DNA of 63,364 nucleotides, filler included, from Octopus bimaculoides (GCF_001194135.2; 6 parts of 6 records of this genome joined end to end with filler, not necessarily neighbours in it), one strand, 5' to 3'; numbered from the whole stretch's first letter, positions 36,933-51,518 are shown. Numbers and translations are program-made. Notes: generated from the sequence alone by a model not told the origin.

Positions 36933-39900
36933 GTAAGTTATGTAACAATAATAGCAAACAGTTATTCTTGTTATATTGAAATTATTATTATTTCATTTAC
37001 GCACAACAGATAAGTCTGTTCGAAAAAATTCCTAACATAGGGCTAATTACTATTAGCAAATATCTTCCCTATTGAGAAGGCTCATTGCATACCGTTTTTA
37101 TTTTTTTCTTGTCTGTTTTTTTTTCTCTCTCTCCCTGTTGGTATTTCTGCGTAAATACCAACCATTTCTGTCATTTCTCCTATAGGTTTTGACAGATTTG
37201 AAATCTTCGTTCTAGCGTTGAAAAATACCTTGTTATGTCTGTTCCAATTCTTATTCTGAGTTCAAATTCCGCTAAGTAACTTTTGTCCTTCCGAAGTCGT
37301 TGAAACGGAGACTAGTCAAACACCAAGTGCGATTTAACTACACCCCCCCCCCTAAAATTTGCGGCATTGTGCATTATATCAGTAATTAGCCTGTTAAGGG
37401 CATAAGCACTCCACTGTACTGTAGATTTGGTTAGTGTTTTATACAGAATGTAGGCGAACTGTTTGCTTGGCATTCTTCGATATTTTTTCCTCATACCTCG
37501 TATCAGGAACTATAAATGATTTGGCACTATTTTGGTGTCCGTTTATTTCACAACGTTTGAAATTATATTGAGTTGAATCATTATTTCGCCTTCTTACCAT
37601 GGTGTTGTCATTTATGAAAGCTACATCGTTTAGTGTACGAAACCATGTTCTTTTTCTTTTACCTTAAATAACTGAAGCCCCCCCCCCCATAATAACTGTA
37701 GAATAAGTGATGAACGAGAGGCATTCAAGTGTTTAAGATTTTTTTTTCTAGTTAAAACACTGGTTCTTTATAACCTTTTATATTCTAGGATATTTTACAG
37801 GAACGTAATTTGACTAGTATTTCATTTTTTTTTTCTTTATTGTCACCAGAAAGGCAGTTTCCCTCGGTAGGATCTAAATGCCGCAAAGGCGCTTTAGCGA
37901 ATCTTCCTTCTGCTTACGTTATCGCTATTCTTATCCTTTCCAGGTGGTGTAGGGGTTCAATAAATTAAGTTTCCTATCTAGGAATGTAGTCGACTAAATC
38001 GATCGCTTGCACTACATCCACAGATATGTGGTTGTACTTACGTATATCTGGAAACTAGTTTGAAAAATCTCGATGCGCTATTTTGCACATCATTTAGCCA
38101 CCAACAACTATCGAGCTCGTTTTACCTTCAAAAACAAATTTTGCTTTCTTCATTTACGCATTGATCAAACAAAATGGTCAAATCCCATAAGGAAAGAGTG
38201 AGTAATTTAACAAGTGCCCTTCCCTATCACTGCTGTACAAAATACTTGTGATTTCATCTTGCTTCAACCGCCCATGTGCTAATCTGTGATGAGTTTTTTT
38301 TTTCTGAGGGAAATAATTTCGGTGGAGATGGAGTATATGTAATCTGGGTGAACCCCCCCCCCTTAAAATTTTTTTTTTTTTTTTTAACGGAATCCTATGT
38401 TTCAGACCATGGAGAATCCAATTCTGAAAAAAAAATTTCAAAAATCTCAATTTCAAAATTTCGATCCCTCCCACCCGGTTTTTATATAGATCCACAGGGT
38501 AAACCTAACCCTAACACTTGTTTTGTGAGATTTGGCTGTTATTTCTAGCATGTAAATAGCCTGCTTGGTGGTGGTGGGGGGGAATTGAAATTTGCTACAT
38601 AAATTTTGTAATTCTTCGTTTGTAGTATATTTCAAAACTTTTCCGATACCTCGTGAGAAACCCAACGAACATCGCTTCATTGAATGAAATACTGTCGCGC
38701 GCTGAAAAATGGACGTTGCTTTTGCTAATAATACCTGCTATCAACAGCCGCCGACGTTGTATCTGAAAGTAGACCAATTGCTTATGCTGTAAGCAAATTT
38801 CCACTGAATGAATATAATCAGCATGTACAGATAAGTTCATTAGAAATTTTAGAATGAATGATTCGTGTGGAGAGAACGTACAAAAGTGTTCTCTGCGTTT
38901 ATGTAGAAATAATTTAATTCTTAATTGCTTTAAATTAGATTGCCAATATATTACAATAAATGTGAGAACAGAATATTTTCTCGGATTGTTAATTTGTTTT
39001 TGGTCATTTCGCCTTTTGTGAATTATAGACAATGGCTATTACTATTCACATTGCCTAGAAAACGTTTGGTGCTCTTGTGTCTGCGCTAATTCAAATCACT
39101 TGTCTTACATGCAACACGCACCTGATTAACATCAGTAACATTTTTTAAACAAGATCTGAAATTCCTGAAAAAAAATGTTGAATATTACAGTGTGCGGCTT
39201 ATTCCGAAATTCTTTCCTTTTAATTTTGGCGTAGAGATGTTATTTCTGCACTGACTTCGACCTAAGACATGATTAGCATTTGAAATAAACTTAAATCTCA
39301 TATACAATGTAAGTTGCCTGATAGGAATATTAAATCAACACCAGTACGTGACTGACTTTATTTTTACTGGGCTTCAGAAGGATGAAAAAATAAAGTTGAC
39401 GAACAGCGGGGTTTTTGGCGGCAAGACATTTTTGTCCGACACTATATTACGAATTTCTATTTCGTAATTAGGTGGCATAAAGTTACGATTTAAAAATAAG
39501 TGAATATAATTATTTTCGTTTATTAAATTTCTGTTGTATAAACTAAATCCACTTAATAGAATTTAAGTACAGTTTTCTTTGTGGTATAATCATCAGAATA
39601 AAGTCGTTGGATTAGAAAGGCGGGCGCTATTATCTGTATCATCAGCTGCTAGTTTTGTTAGATTTTAGGTTGTCTGACAGCTAGTTGACTCACCAAGGAT
39701 TTTCGAATACTTTTTAACTATCCTGCCCTACACACACTCAATGTATGTATGTGGGTGTGTGAATAGATACCGCGCAGCAATCTCCGCCATTTTTAAATAT
39801 CTTTTTACATCCTCCGCCTCTCTTGTAACTTGACCTTAACGGTCAATCTTTTGCGACTAGCTAGAAGTAGCAGCTAAATCATCATACTCTATTCTCTTAA

Positions 39901-40881
39901 AAGAAAGGATTCCAAGTCATTAATACACTCTTTAGTTCCATCACTATCATCTGTTGAAAGCTATTTGTCATCATTTCGTGCCTCGTGATTGCATTGCGGA
40001 AGAAATACCGCATTCGCTACCGCTATACAATAAACGGTTATATTTAGACCTGAGCGGCGGGGTTGGGAGAAATTAAAATTATTGATTATTGCTATATGTA
40101 CATTATGAACCATTGTCGACATGATACCGCAGATGTTCTGCTAATATTAGTTATTACTTTTAAACCAAGCCACTCCAACCTTCAGCCATTATTTCTAGGT
40201 TGGCCTGGTACAGTATTCAAAATTACTGCGTGTGAGAATGACTGATAAGAGAGACGTGACATGCCGCATTTTTTTATTTATTTAATTTTTTTTTTTGATA
40301 AATGAATATCAGTTTCAGAAGCCTTGATAAGTTTTTTTTATTTCTAAATGATGACATACAATAATAAAAAATATATTGTAATATTTAGTTCTTGTTGATT
40401 GGTCTCGCCTTATGTATAATATCCCAAATAATCTCAAAGAAAAAATGGCAGATGTTTTTTTTTTTTTTTTTAATAAAATGTAATCTTTTGCCTGCATTTG
40501 TGTAATAAATGCATTGAAGTGCTGAAATTATGTCAGTTAATAAGAATCTAGGAGTAAACGTATTTATATTTAGACGAAGCCTGGCTTTTTCTGATGGCGT
40601 TGTTGCTGTTGACAATGATTTTTAAAGAAGCTATATTAACCAACAACCAGATGAGGGAAGGGGGGCGGCATCATTAAGAAATTCGGTCACAACCTAGTCG
40701 CCACGAATTCGATCCCACTGCAGTGCTGTATAATGTTCTCTGCAATATCTTCGTATTGACTAACCGTTGAAAAGATTGAATTTCGGCGGTTTGAGAAAAG
40801 GAAAAGAAACTGCGCAGTCACCCTACTCCCAAGAAATTGACGTTGTACATTTAGTATTGTGTACATTGGCTTTGTCGGTTT

Positions 40882-41071
40882 GACGAGCTGGAAGAATCGT
40901 TAGCACGCCGGACAAAGTGCTTAGTGGCATTTCTTCGGGCTTTAGTTTGCGAGTTCGAATTCCGCCGAGGTCGATTTTTTTCCTTTTCGGATTGATAAAG
41001 GAAGTACCAGTTGATTACATCAACCTCATATCTTCGAAAATTTCAGACCTTGTACCTATAGTAGAAAGAAT
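40882..41071 (+). mobile_element. Degenerate SINE family B in tubulin intron 1
   Basis: gacgagctggaagaatcgttagcacgccgg...gagttcgaattccgccgaggtcga...gtacctatagtagaaagaat. Confidence 0.7.
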
Positions 41072-41309
41072 TTTATTTTATTGTATATTCATAGAGCAAA
41101 AGGCAACCGATTCGTAAAGTGAGTAAAATATTTAGAGCTGAAACCGAGTGTCAAGCAATTTCATTTCTCAAAAGACTTGCGTTCTTATATGGAAAACCAC
41201 TAACATATGTTCTGTTTTGTCTGTCATGCATCTAGAATTAATATTGCAACTCTAGTATGGAGCTCAGATTATTAATATTTAGTTAGTATTATCAACTAGA
41301 GGAATGTAA

Positions 41310-41675
<366 letters not shown>

Positions 41676-42469
41676 TAATTCACNNNNNNNNNNNNNNNNN
41701 NNNNNNNNNNNNNNNNNNNNNNNNNNNNNNNNNNNNNNNNNNNNNNNNNNNNNNNNNNNNNNNNNNNNNNNNNNNNNNNNNNNNNNNNNNNNNNNNNNNN
41801 NNNNNNNNNNNNNNNNNNNNNNNNNNNNNNNNNNNNNNNNNNNNNNNNNNNNNNNNNNNNNNNNNNNNNNNNNNNNNNNNNNNNNNNNNNNNNNNNNNNN
41901 NNNNNNNNNNNNNNNNNNNNNNNNNNNNNNNNNNNNNNNNNNNNNNNNNNNNNNNNNNNNNNNNNNNNNNNNNNNNNNNNNNNNNNNNNNNNNNNNNNNN
42001 NNNNNNNNNNNNNNNNNNNNNNNNNNNNNNNNNNNNNNNNNNNNNNNNNNNNNNNNNNNNNNNNNNNNNNNNNNNNNNNNNNNNNNNNNNNNNNNNNNNN
42101 NNNNNNNNNNNNNNNNNNNNNNNNNNNNNNNNNNNNNNNNNNNNNNNNNNNNNNNNNNNNNNNNNNNNNNNNNNNNNNNNNNNNNNNNNNNNNNNNNNNN
42201 NNNNNNNNNNNNNNNNNNNNNNNNNNNNNNNNNNNNNNNNNNNNNNNNNNNNNNNNNNNNNNNNNNNNNNNNNNNNNNNNNNNNNNNNNNNNNNNNNNNN
42301 NNNNNNNNNNNNNNNNNNNNNNNNNNNNNNNNNNNNNNNNNNNNNNNNNNNNNNNNNNNNNNNNNNNNNNNNNNNNNNNNNNNNNNNNNNNNNNNNNNNN
42401 NNNNNNNNNNNNNNNNNNNNNNNNNNNNNNNNNNNNNNNNNNNNNNNNNNNNNNNNNNNNNNNNNNNNN

Positions 42470-42804
<335 letters not shown>

Positions 42805-42839
42805 ATAATTTAAACACTGGTACAACAGAGTTAGCTGAA

Positions 42840-42845
42840 AATAAA
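42840..42845 (+). terminator. Probable polyadenylation signal of alpha-tubulin
   Basis: AATAAA 36 nt after the stop, followed by a T/GT-rich tract near 42870-42890. Confidence 0.6.
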
Positions 42846-44530
42846 AGCAATCATATCAGCTACAAAGTTCTTTTTGTTTTACTTTATTTCTTTAACGGTT
42901 CTAACACTAGCTAGAAATTGAACTGTAAGGAAAAGTAGAAACCAATGACTTCACATTTTAAAGCAATTCAACTCTGGACATTTTTCTTTTTTTACAACTT
43001 CATTAATGATACTAAATTGCATAAAAAGTAAATAAGAATATTAACTAGTGAGAATCTTTAAAATCTGTTTTGTATATATCTACAAAAGCTATGGAAATGT
43101 TACAAGGGGTAGATGATGGTAATAATTGTAGCTATGTATTCAAAATACTGGCAACTAGGAGCAGTTGAGCTACCTGGTAATCGTGCAGTCTGTTGGACAT
43201 TAGTTAAATATCCATCAAATTTCTCGAGAAAGAAGCATTTATTAATGTAATCCTTGACATAATGTCGTCTGAAAGATGGGATGGTCAAGTCTGCAGTTCA
43301 CTAGAAGCATTTTTAACATGACAAGGGACGTTATTTCCGAGTTCTAGCATGTTCCTTCCCTTTTAATTTTGATATACAAATTATTTATGCCTAGTTGTAT
43401 ATACATAGACTTTTTTTTTCTGTCTTTTCTTCACAATGACATTGGTAAATACATCCCAGCTTGCCAGCATGGAGAAAGAATGCTTATTGTATACAAAATT
43501 TTGGTTATTTGGAGAAACAAAAACTATCAAAAGGGGAGATAATTTCAATTCAGTAAGCTACATTTACAGGATTTAGGGGAAAAATATAATCTTTGTTTAG
43601 TGTACAACTAAGCACGTAATTTGGTCTTATTGGTTAGCATACAGTAAATTGATGTTGGCATAAAGAGCTTACAAATGAAATTTGCCTTATGGGGAGATAA
43701 TTTTACTTGTAACTATTTAAAGGCATGGTTGCATGATTAAATTTGTTTGAAATCAAGTTTAGCCTTTGGCCGAACTGCATTGCACAATTGTCTTAGTTCG
43801 CCAATACCTTGTAAATGAAATTTAAAAGATGAAACTTGTTCAGTTGATATATTATCTGTGACAAGCTGGTCCTTTACAAACTAAAGAGGTTCTCTGAAGT
43901 GACTTAGATGTCTTGTATCTTTAAAAATGCAGTGACAGGCCTGTTGATGTAACCAGCTCCATTATATTAATAGGCTGGCTGCTAATATATGTACCCTTAA
44001 ATCTCAGCAATTAACAAAACTGGGTTTTTTTTTATTTGACAGTCTTGTATAAATTTTCCAAATCACTGATTTAAAAGGAAAAAACAATTAAGCTTGAGAT
44101 ATTGCCAGGTTTGGCTGAACTATATTTAATGTTTTCCCAAACGTTGATCTGGTTGAATTCCAGACCAACTTGATGGAATTAGTCTGACATTTCCAAAAGT
44201 TAATTGTGTCACAATTATATCTATTAAGGAAAGCCTCAGCAAATGAGAGGATGTGTGAAGACTAGAGGAACGAAGTTGGTATGCTTTGCTAGATGTGCAA
44301 TGTTAGTGTGTATGTTCAACAGTGCTGGTGTATTGAGAGAAAAGTTCAGCATAAGAATATGTAGTGTGCACTAGTTAGGTCACATGGTGCAGATCGATGA
44401 AAGTTGTAGGAGACCCAGGAAGATCACAATGACTGAAATATTGGTGCATTGCTGTACTCAAGATCTGCCCACCACAATTGATATCCTAAAGCGAAGGTGC
44501 CACATAGGCACTCAATAATATACTCTGTAT

Positions 44531-45497
44531 AGGGCTTTCCTATAAGGTGTTATCCACCCCTGATTGGAATTCTCCCGTATGACATGTACGCATGCTCAGT
44601 GACTTACTTTAACAGTTGCAATCAGCTGAATGCACATTGCCAGTGACATAATTACCCACACTCTGTGGTCAGGATTCTTTTTTTGGTTTGATGTCGGTAT
44701 CGAAGGGATTACCNNNNNNNNNNNNNNNNNNNNNNNNNNNNNNNNNNNNNNNNNNNNNNNNNNNNNNNNNNNNNNNNNNNNNNNNNNNNNNNNNNNNNNN
44801 NNNNNNNNNNNNNNNNNNNNNNNNNNNNNNNNNNNNNNNNNNNNNNNNNNNNNNNNNNNNNNNNNNNNNNNNNNNNNNNNNNNNNNNNNNNNNNNNNNNN
44901 NNNNNNNNNNNNNNNNNNNNNNNNNNNNNNNNNNNNNNNNNNNNNNNNNNNNNNNNNNNNNNNNNNNNNNNNNNNNNNNNNNNNNNNNNNNNNNNNNNNN
45001 NNNNNNNNNNNNNNNNNNNNNNNNNNNNNNNNNNNNNNNNNNNNNNNNNNNNNNNNNNNNNNNNNNNNNNNNNNNNNNNNNNNNNNNNNNNNNNNNNNNN
45101 NNNNNNNNNNNNNNNNNNNNNNNNNNNNNNNNNNNNNNNNNNNNNNNNNNNNNNNNGGCAATACTTCACCGAGAGGAGATATAAGCTTCTGCTTGTTCCT
45201 GTCTGAAGTATCGTCCGATGAATTTACTTTGTTGACATTCTTCATCGACAGAATTTTTATCCCTTTCAACCTTTCAGTCAAGTCCGCCTTTCTTCCAGTA
45301 ACATACTGTCCATATAATCTTAAATATTTCTTTAACTCAGGCACAGTAAGTACTTCGATAGCTGAATCATCAAGCTGCTTTATATCCATGATAAGACGTA
45401 AAGCAATAACAATGGCGTGGGTTAGCCTCCGGAAGTTTAATTATCTACATGGAGTGCCGCCTAGCCAAGGGAGATAACCTACTTATAGGAAAGCCCT
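44531..45497 (-). mobile_element. TIR DNA transposon carrying a SAP-domain ORF (ISL2EU/PHIS-like candidate)
   Basis: AT-AGGGCTTTCCTATAAG ... CTTATAGGAAAGCCCT-AT (16-bp perfect TIR); the centre (44714-45156) is N. Confidence 0.72.
45157..45389 (-). CDS. SAP-domain protein N-terminus (3'-partial, runs into N gap)
   Basis: MDIKQLDDSAIEVLTVPELKKYLRLYGQYVTGRKADLTERLKGIK... fits the SAP pattern LTVxELKxxLxxxGxxxxGxKxxLxxRL; open to the gap. Confidence 0.7.
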
Positions 45498-46050
45498 ATA
45501 GTGGTTGGTGTTAGGATTGACATCCACTTGTAAAAAGCACTTGGACCTGGTGTGGGCCCTGTCAATCCATCTAATCTTTGCCAGGATGGAAAACTGGCAT
45601 TGAATGATAAAATCAAGTTGCATGTTACTTGTGACCTGCACAGTGCTGCCATTGCAATTATCAAGATGAATTATCACCCTTGGACTTTGTGGTACACTAA
45701 GAAGCAAATTTATGGGGTGACTAGCAGCAAGTTGTCCCTAACATTCTGTGGGCCTGTGATTAAAAGCAGTCCTTGCATTGATATAACTTTTAACGGATAA
45801 TGCAGGACTACATTATCTGATGTCATACTTATTTAAAATGATAATGTGTTTTGAGAGACTTGTCTCATATTTCTAACATGTTTCATAAGAGGGTTAGTTG
45901 GTGATATTAATGGTTGTTAAGGAGTTAGTTTTGCCATTAAATGCAATTCTGAAATAAGAAACTAACATATCAAATAGTACATTTTATTGTTTAACAAATA
46001 TATTACACATTTTAGGATTAATATTTCTGCCAAACTGGAATTTCAGCTAC

Positions 46051-46310
46051 TCAAGGAGTGAACTTGGTGCTACTTTGCAGACACTGGTAGTAGTCAGCTG
46101 CCACGTTTATGTTCCACCTGCCTTGATATCTAGTCTCCATGGTGCCAGTATCTTGGAATTTTTCTCCTTGCTCATCATTCATTGAACCAAGATTTACAAG
46201 GAATGCACTTTTACACTCGTGTTGCAGCCCAGTGCTCAAAGACTGAACAGGATCTGCACAAATTCCTCATGATTTGACTACTTCCTCTTTTTCTAGGAAA
46301 TTAGACACAG
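46051..46310 (-). pseudogene. DDE transposase C-terminal fossil (Chapaev3/CMC-like)
   Basis: FLVNLGSMNDEQGEKFQDTGTMETRYQGRWNINVAADY resembles the recalled motif FPENLGAVSDEQGERFHQDI..ME.RYQGRW...M.DY. Confidence 0.6.
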
Positions 46311-47597
46311 CAGCAAAAGCATTCATGCTTTTTTTTTTTTCTTTTTTCTTTTTTCTTCCCCTCTTCAATGCTTGACATGGTCTCCAGACTACTCACCCTG
46401 CAATAGCTGCCTATTCTGTTGACACACTAACCTTAATTTTCTTACAAGACAAAGCTAGAAACTTTCTGCTTAGGCATTTTTTTTTTTAATATTTCAATGT
46501 CTCAACTCCTGCATTAAACACTATATGGGGTGTTCAGACCCAGCTTCATGTCAAAGCAAGATAAGCTTTCTTTACAAAATCTGATTTTTTTTTTTTCCCC
46601 TGCCGAGCTAAAGTGTAACCTCCACAAATACAGCAGACATTGGGATTACTTTTGCATTTTCTTCTCTCACAACTCGTATTTCTGAAATATAAAACATGTA
46701 TTCAAGCCAGTTGTTACCTGAGAAAAGAATTTCTCAAAATTGTCAAGTTACAAATTAAGGAAATTCAGATTTGTGATGGTAAAGTTTCGTAAGGAGTATA
46801 TATACCATGAAGTTCTTTGACCAAGCTAGACAAAATAACTTTGACTCATGTGACCTCACCATTTCAACATTAAATGGTCATTCAGATTACCAGAATTTTA
46901 ACTGTTTCTATTTCTTATGAAATAGAGGGTTCAACATCACATGTCTCACCTGGTTTACAATGATAGTCACACTAAGTCAAGCACTGGGCATAACTGCAAA
47001 TTTCACAAATATGGAACGTGATGCCAAGGACCACAGCAACATGTTTATTAACATCTGATTACATACAGGACATTTCTATTATCATCATGACATTTAAAAC
47101 TGGTTAGATTGAAAATAGTGAAAGTTGCTTAAGTTTGGTGCTTTTTATTCACTGAAGATACTTAAATCATGACTTTTGTGGTTGCATTTGTTTTAAATGA
47201 CTGAAAAAAAAAAACTGTTTTCAAAGTTATGTCTAGCTCCTTACATGTATCGGAATTTGAAGCAGCCAAATCTGTCCTTAGATATGGTGACAACCCTGGA
47301 AATGTTGAAAAATCTTGATGTGACAGCTAAATGGGTTTCATTTTTGAAACTGGCATACCCAAATTATCAGGAAACATCTCCAACACCAAACAAAACCCAT
47401 GTTTCCTAGTGTCGTCTATCATCACTTGAAAGAAGCCTACTCAGAGGATGTGGAGTGTCTCTTATCTTGCCCAACAAACAGGATATTCGTCACTTTTGGA
47501 TGCAACAATCCTGCACCTGCTCATGGGTTGCTCTTTGCGTTTTATTTGTATTTACTCATAGAGACATCTGCATACCCTATAACCTTTTGCAATATGT

Positions 47598-50305
47598 CTT
47601 TTACTCTCTTTTACTTGTTTCAGTCATTTGACTGCGGCCATGCTGGAGCACCGCCTTTTTAGTCAAGCAAATCGACCCCAGGACTTATTCTTTTGGAAGC
47701 ACAGTACTTATTCTATCGGTCCCTTTTACCGAACCGCTAAGTTACAGGGACATAAACACACCAGCATCGGTTGTCAAGCAATGTTGGGGGGACAAACACA
47801 CACACATATATATATACATATATACAACGGGCTTCTTTCAGTTTCCGTCTACCAAATTCACTCACAAGGCTTTGGCCGGCCCGAGGCTATAGTAGAAGAC
47901 ATGTGGTTGGCAAGCAAGCTACTTACCACACAGCCACTCCTACACCTGTTTTTATATAAATTAATTTGTTTTGGTGGTAAATAAAAAAAATTATTTGGAT
48001 TGACAAAAACGTCTTGCAGTGTTTAGGTATGTTTAGGTATGGAGATTTTGGTTGCTGTTAGCTACTGGCTGGGCATCCACGTAGAGACAACCTCAATCGT
48101 TGCTGCCATAGTCACGATTTCAAATTTTTGCCACAAGGGCAGCTTAGGGGAGGAGAATAAGTTGATTACATGGACCTCAGTGTGTAACTGGTACATATTT
48201 AATCGACCCCAAAAGGATGAAAGGCAAAGTCAACCTCAGCAGAATTTGAACTCAGAATGTAGCAACAGAAGAAATACCATTAAGTATTTTGTCCAGTGCG
48301 CTACCGATTCTGCCAGCTTGCCATCCTATGTACCCTTCATAATAATGGCAATGGAAGCTGCCTATCATAATCACACAATGTTAGAGATCAAGCCTACTTA
48401 CAGTATGTAAAGTACTGGGGTCGATGTAATTGACTATCCCTTTCCCCAAAATTTCAGGCCTTGTGCCTACAGTAGAAAGAATTATTACTTATATTACTCA
48501 GGTGAAGGGATGACAAAATTGTTAGAGCATCAGTGGGATCAACTAACCCCTCCCCTCAAAACTGTTGGCCTTGTGCCAAACTCCGAAATCATTGACTATT
48601 ATCAAAGCGGTGAGCTGGCAGAATCGCTAGGGAGTCGACAAAACTACTTAGCAGAGTTATTTTACAGAATGCAGCGAGCTGGCAGAAACGTTAGCACACC
48701 GGGTGAAATGCTTGGCAGTATTTTGTCTGCCATTACGTTCTGAGTTCAAATTCCACCGAGGTCGACTTTGCCTTTCGTCCTTTCGGGGTCGATAAATTAA
48801 GTAGCAGTTACGTACTGGGGTCGATCTAATCGACTTAATCCCTTTGTCCTTTTTTTGTCCCCTCTTGTGGGCAATAAAGAAATAAGAATTATTTTATAGT
48901 TCTTTATATTCTGAGTTCACATCCTGCAGAGGCCAGTTTCACCTTACATCTCTCTGAGGTCAATAATATAAATTGTCAGTCAAGTACTGGGATTGATGAT
49001 ATCAATTAATCCTCCTCTACTCAAAATTGCTGGCCTTGTGCCATATTTAGAAATTAGGGTTAATAATATTTATTTCTTTATTGCCCAGAAGGGGCTAAAC
49101 ATAGAGGGGACAGACAAAGGGATTAAGTCGATTACATCGACCTCAGTGCTTAACTGGTACTTGTTTAATCGACCCTGAAAGGATGAAAGGCATAGTCGAC
49201 CTCGGCGGAATTTGAACTAAGAATGTAAACGGCAGACAAAATACCACTAAGCATTTCGCCCGGCGTGCTGACGATTCTACCAGCTCGCCGCCCTAGGGTT
49301 AAAAATATTAATACCGGTAGTAAGGCGGCGAGCTGGCAGAATTGTTAACACTACGGGCAAAATGCTTAGCAATATTTATTTCGTCTGTATTTACGTTGTG
49401 AGTTCAAATTCTGCTGAGGTTGACTTTTTCCTTTCATCCTTTCGGGGTCAATAAAATAGGTACCAGTTGAGTACTGAGGTCGAGGTAATCGACTTGCCCC
49501 CTTCCCCNNNNNNNNNNNNNNNNNNNNNNNNNNNNNNNNNNNNNNNNNNNNNNNNNNNNNNNNNNNNNNNNNNNNNNNNNNNNNNNNNNNNNNNNNNNNN
49601 NNNNNNNNNNNNNNNNNNNNNNNNNNNNNNNNNNNNNNNNNNNNNNNNNNNNNNNNNNNNNNNNNNNNNNNNNNNNNNNNNNNNNNNNNNNNNNNNNNNN
49701 NNNNNNNNNNNNNNNNNNNNNNNNNNNNNNNNNNNNNNNNNNNNNNNNNNNNNNNNNNNNNNNNNNNNNNNNNNNNNNNNNNNNNNNNNNNNNNNNNNNN
49801 NNNNNNNNNNNNNNNNNNNNNNNNNNNNNNNNNNNNNNNNNNNNNNNNNNNNNNNNNNNNNNNNNNNNNNNNNNNNNGTATATATACATATATACGACGA
49901 GCTTCTTTCAATTTCCATCTACCAAATCCATTCACAAGGCTTTGGTCGGCCCGAGGCTATAGTAGCAGACACTTGCCCAAAGTGCCACGCAGTGGGACTG
50001 AACCAGGAACCATGTGGTTCGTTAGCAAGCTACTATTATTTCAATAAATTTCGCCATTAATGGCGTTACATAGAGGGGACAGACAAAGGCAGACAGACAT
50101 AAAGTAGCTGCGGGCTGGACATGGACATTAATGAGATGAGGGTGATAAGAATGAAACAAATAATAAGAGAGGCACCAGCGCCCGCCGACTGATAACCCCT
50201 CGAAAACATTGTTCTTTCCCCCCCCCCTTTTAAAATTACAATTTTTACACAATTTCAATACATTAACAAAGCAAGCTACTTACCACACAGCCACTCCTAC
50301 GCCTA
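47598..50305. mobile_element. Dense SINE cluster (families A and B, both orientations)
   Basis: Family A at ~47598-47948(-), 49890-50030(-) and 50270-50305(-). Family B at ~48140-48325(-), 48405-48485(+), 48672-48886(+), 49070-49293(-) and 49321-49506(+). Confidence 0.8.
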
Positions 50306-51518
50306 TTCATTTATATCATACGGTGTGTTTTCGTTTATTTATTTATTTTAGTAACAACCTTGTTAGGGACACCATTGCTGGTTTGCTGTATATAACAATC
50401 CCTACATGCGTAGGTCTTCTTGACCAATGACTTTGGAAACCATTTGGAACATTTGATGTCTTCCATGCGAAGTGAAACTTTTGTTGAGGTGACCACAAGG
50501 ACCACGAACTATCTGGATCCAAACAATTCTAAATAGCTCTTTCTCCCTACAAAGGTTTGTAAGCTCTGCAGATATATTATTGACCAGATCAAAATATGTA
50601 CATGTAGTAAGCTCTCTTTTCCCATGACAACGGTGATTGTAACTGTCGTCTTTATATTTATTAGTGGAGATCGCTTTTCATAATCATAAGGTCGTCAAAC
50701 GATGATTGGATCCTAAATAAGCTCAGGTTATATCAAAAGTTATCATCCGGTTATTGCTATCTAAAAGGTTCTGTCCCGAAGTTATCAATATAATCAGCTT
50801 CTGTTGTATTTATGTTGTCAAATAAATGATTTGAAAACAACTTTCGTTACCTATAAAAAAAAAAAAGATAAAAAAATTGAGAAATTAAATATATAGTGTA
50901 GGGGAGAGAACTCAATTGTATCTGCACGATTTCAAAACCAGTTCAGATGTTTAGCATTTTTCACAAATAAGATTGTGTTGGGCGAGTTTCTTCTTGTAGA
51001 GTTCTGGGATGACCAAATAACGAATAGAAAGGGCATCTCAACATAAAGCGTCTACTTCAATGAATTCTGTTTGAACTATGCAAGCATAGAAAAGTGGACA
51101 TTTAAATGATGATGATAATATANNNNNNNNNNNNNNNNNNNNNNNNNNNNNNNNNNNNNNNNNNNNTTAATTAATTAANNNNNNNNNNNNNNNNNNNNNN
51201 NNNNNNNNNNNNNNNNNNNNNNCTTAATTCTACTATATACTCACGGTGAGGGGGTAAAGTTCCCAATGTAATGGCAATAGAATTAAATTGGTAGACTTTC
51301 AAGAAGACTACCCGCCGATAGCCACAACAGTAACAATGAGGATAAATACATTTTCATCTAAACATATCTATATATACACCCTTATACACATTATGTCCCC
51401 TCATATATACCCATACTTATTCATAAATACACAACTGTGTGGCCAACTATCATTACATCCGCATGTACACAACTACATACCTACCTACATACTCACCTAT
51501 ACATATACACATACATAA

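Noticed and set aside
38176-38540. Possible degenerate TIR element with a short CCTAAC motif in tubulin intron 1
   Set aside because: The terminal match is only about 11 of 15 with no TSD; too weak to call.
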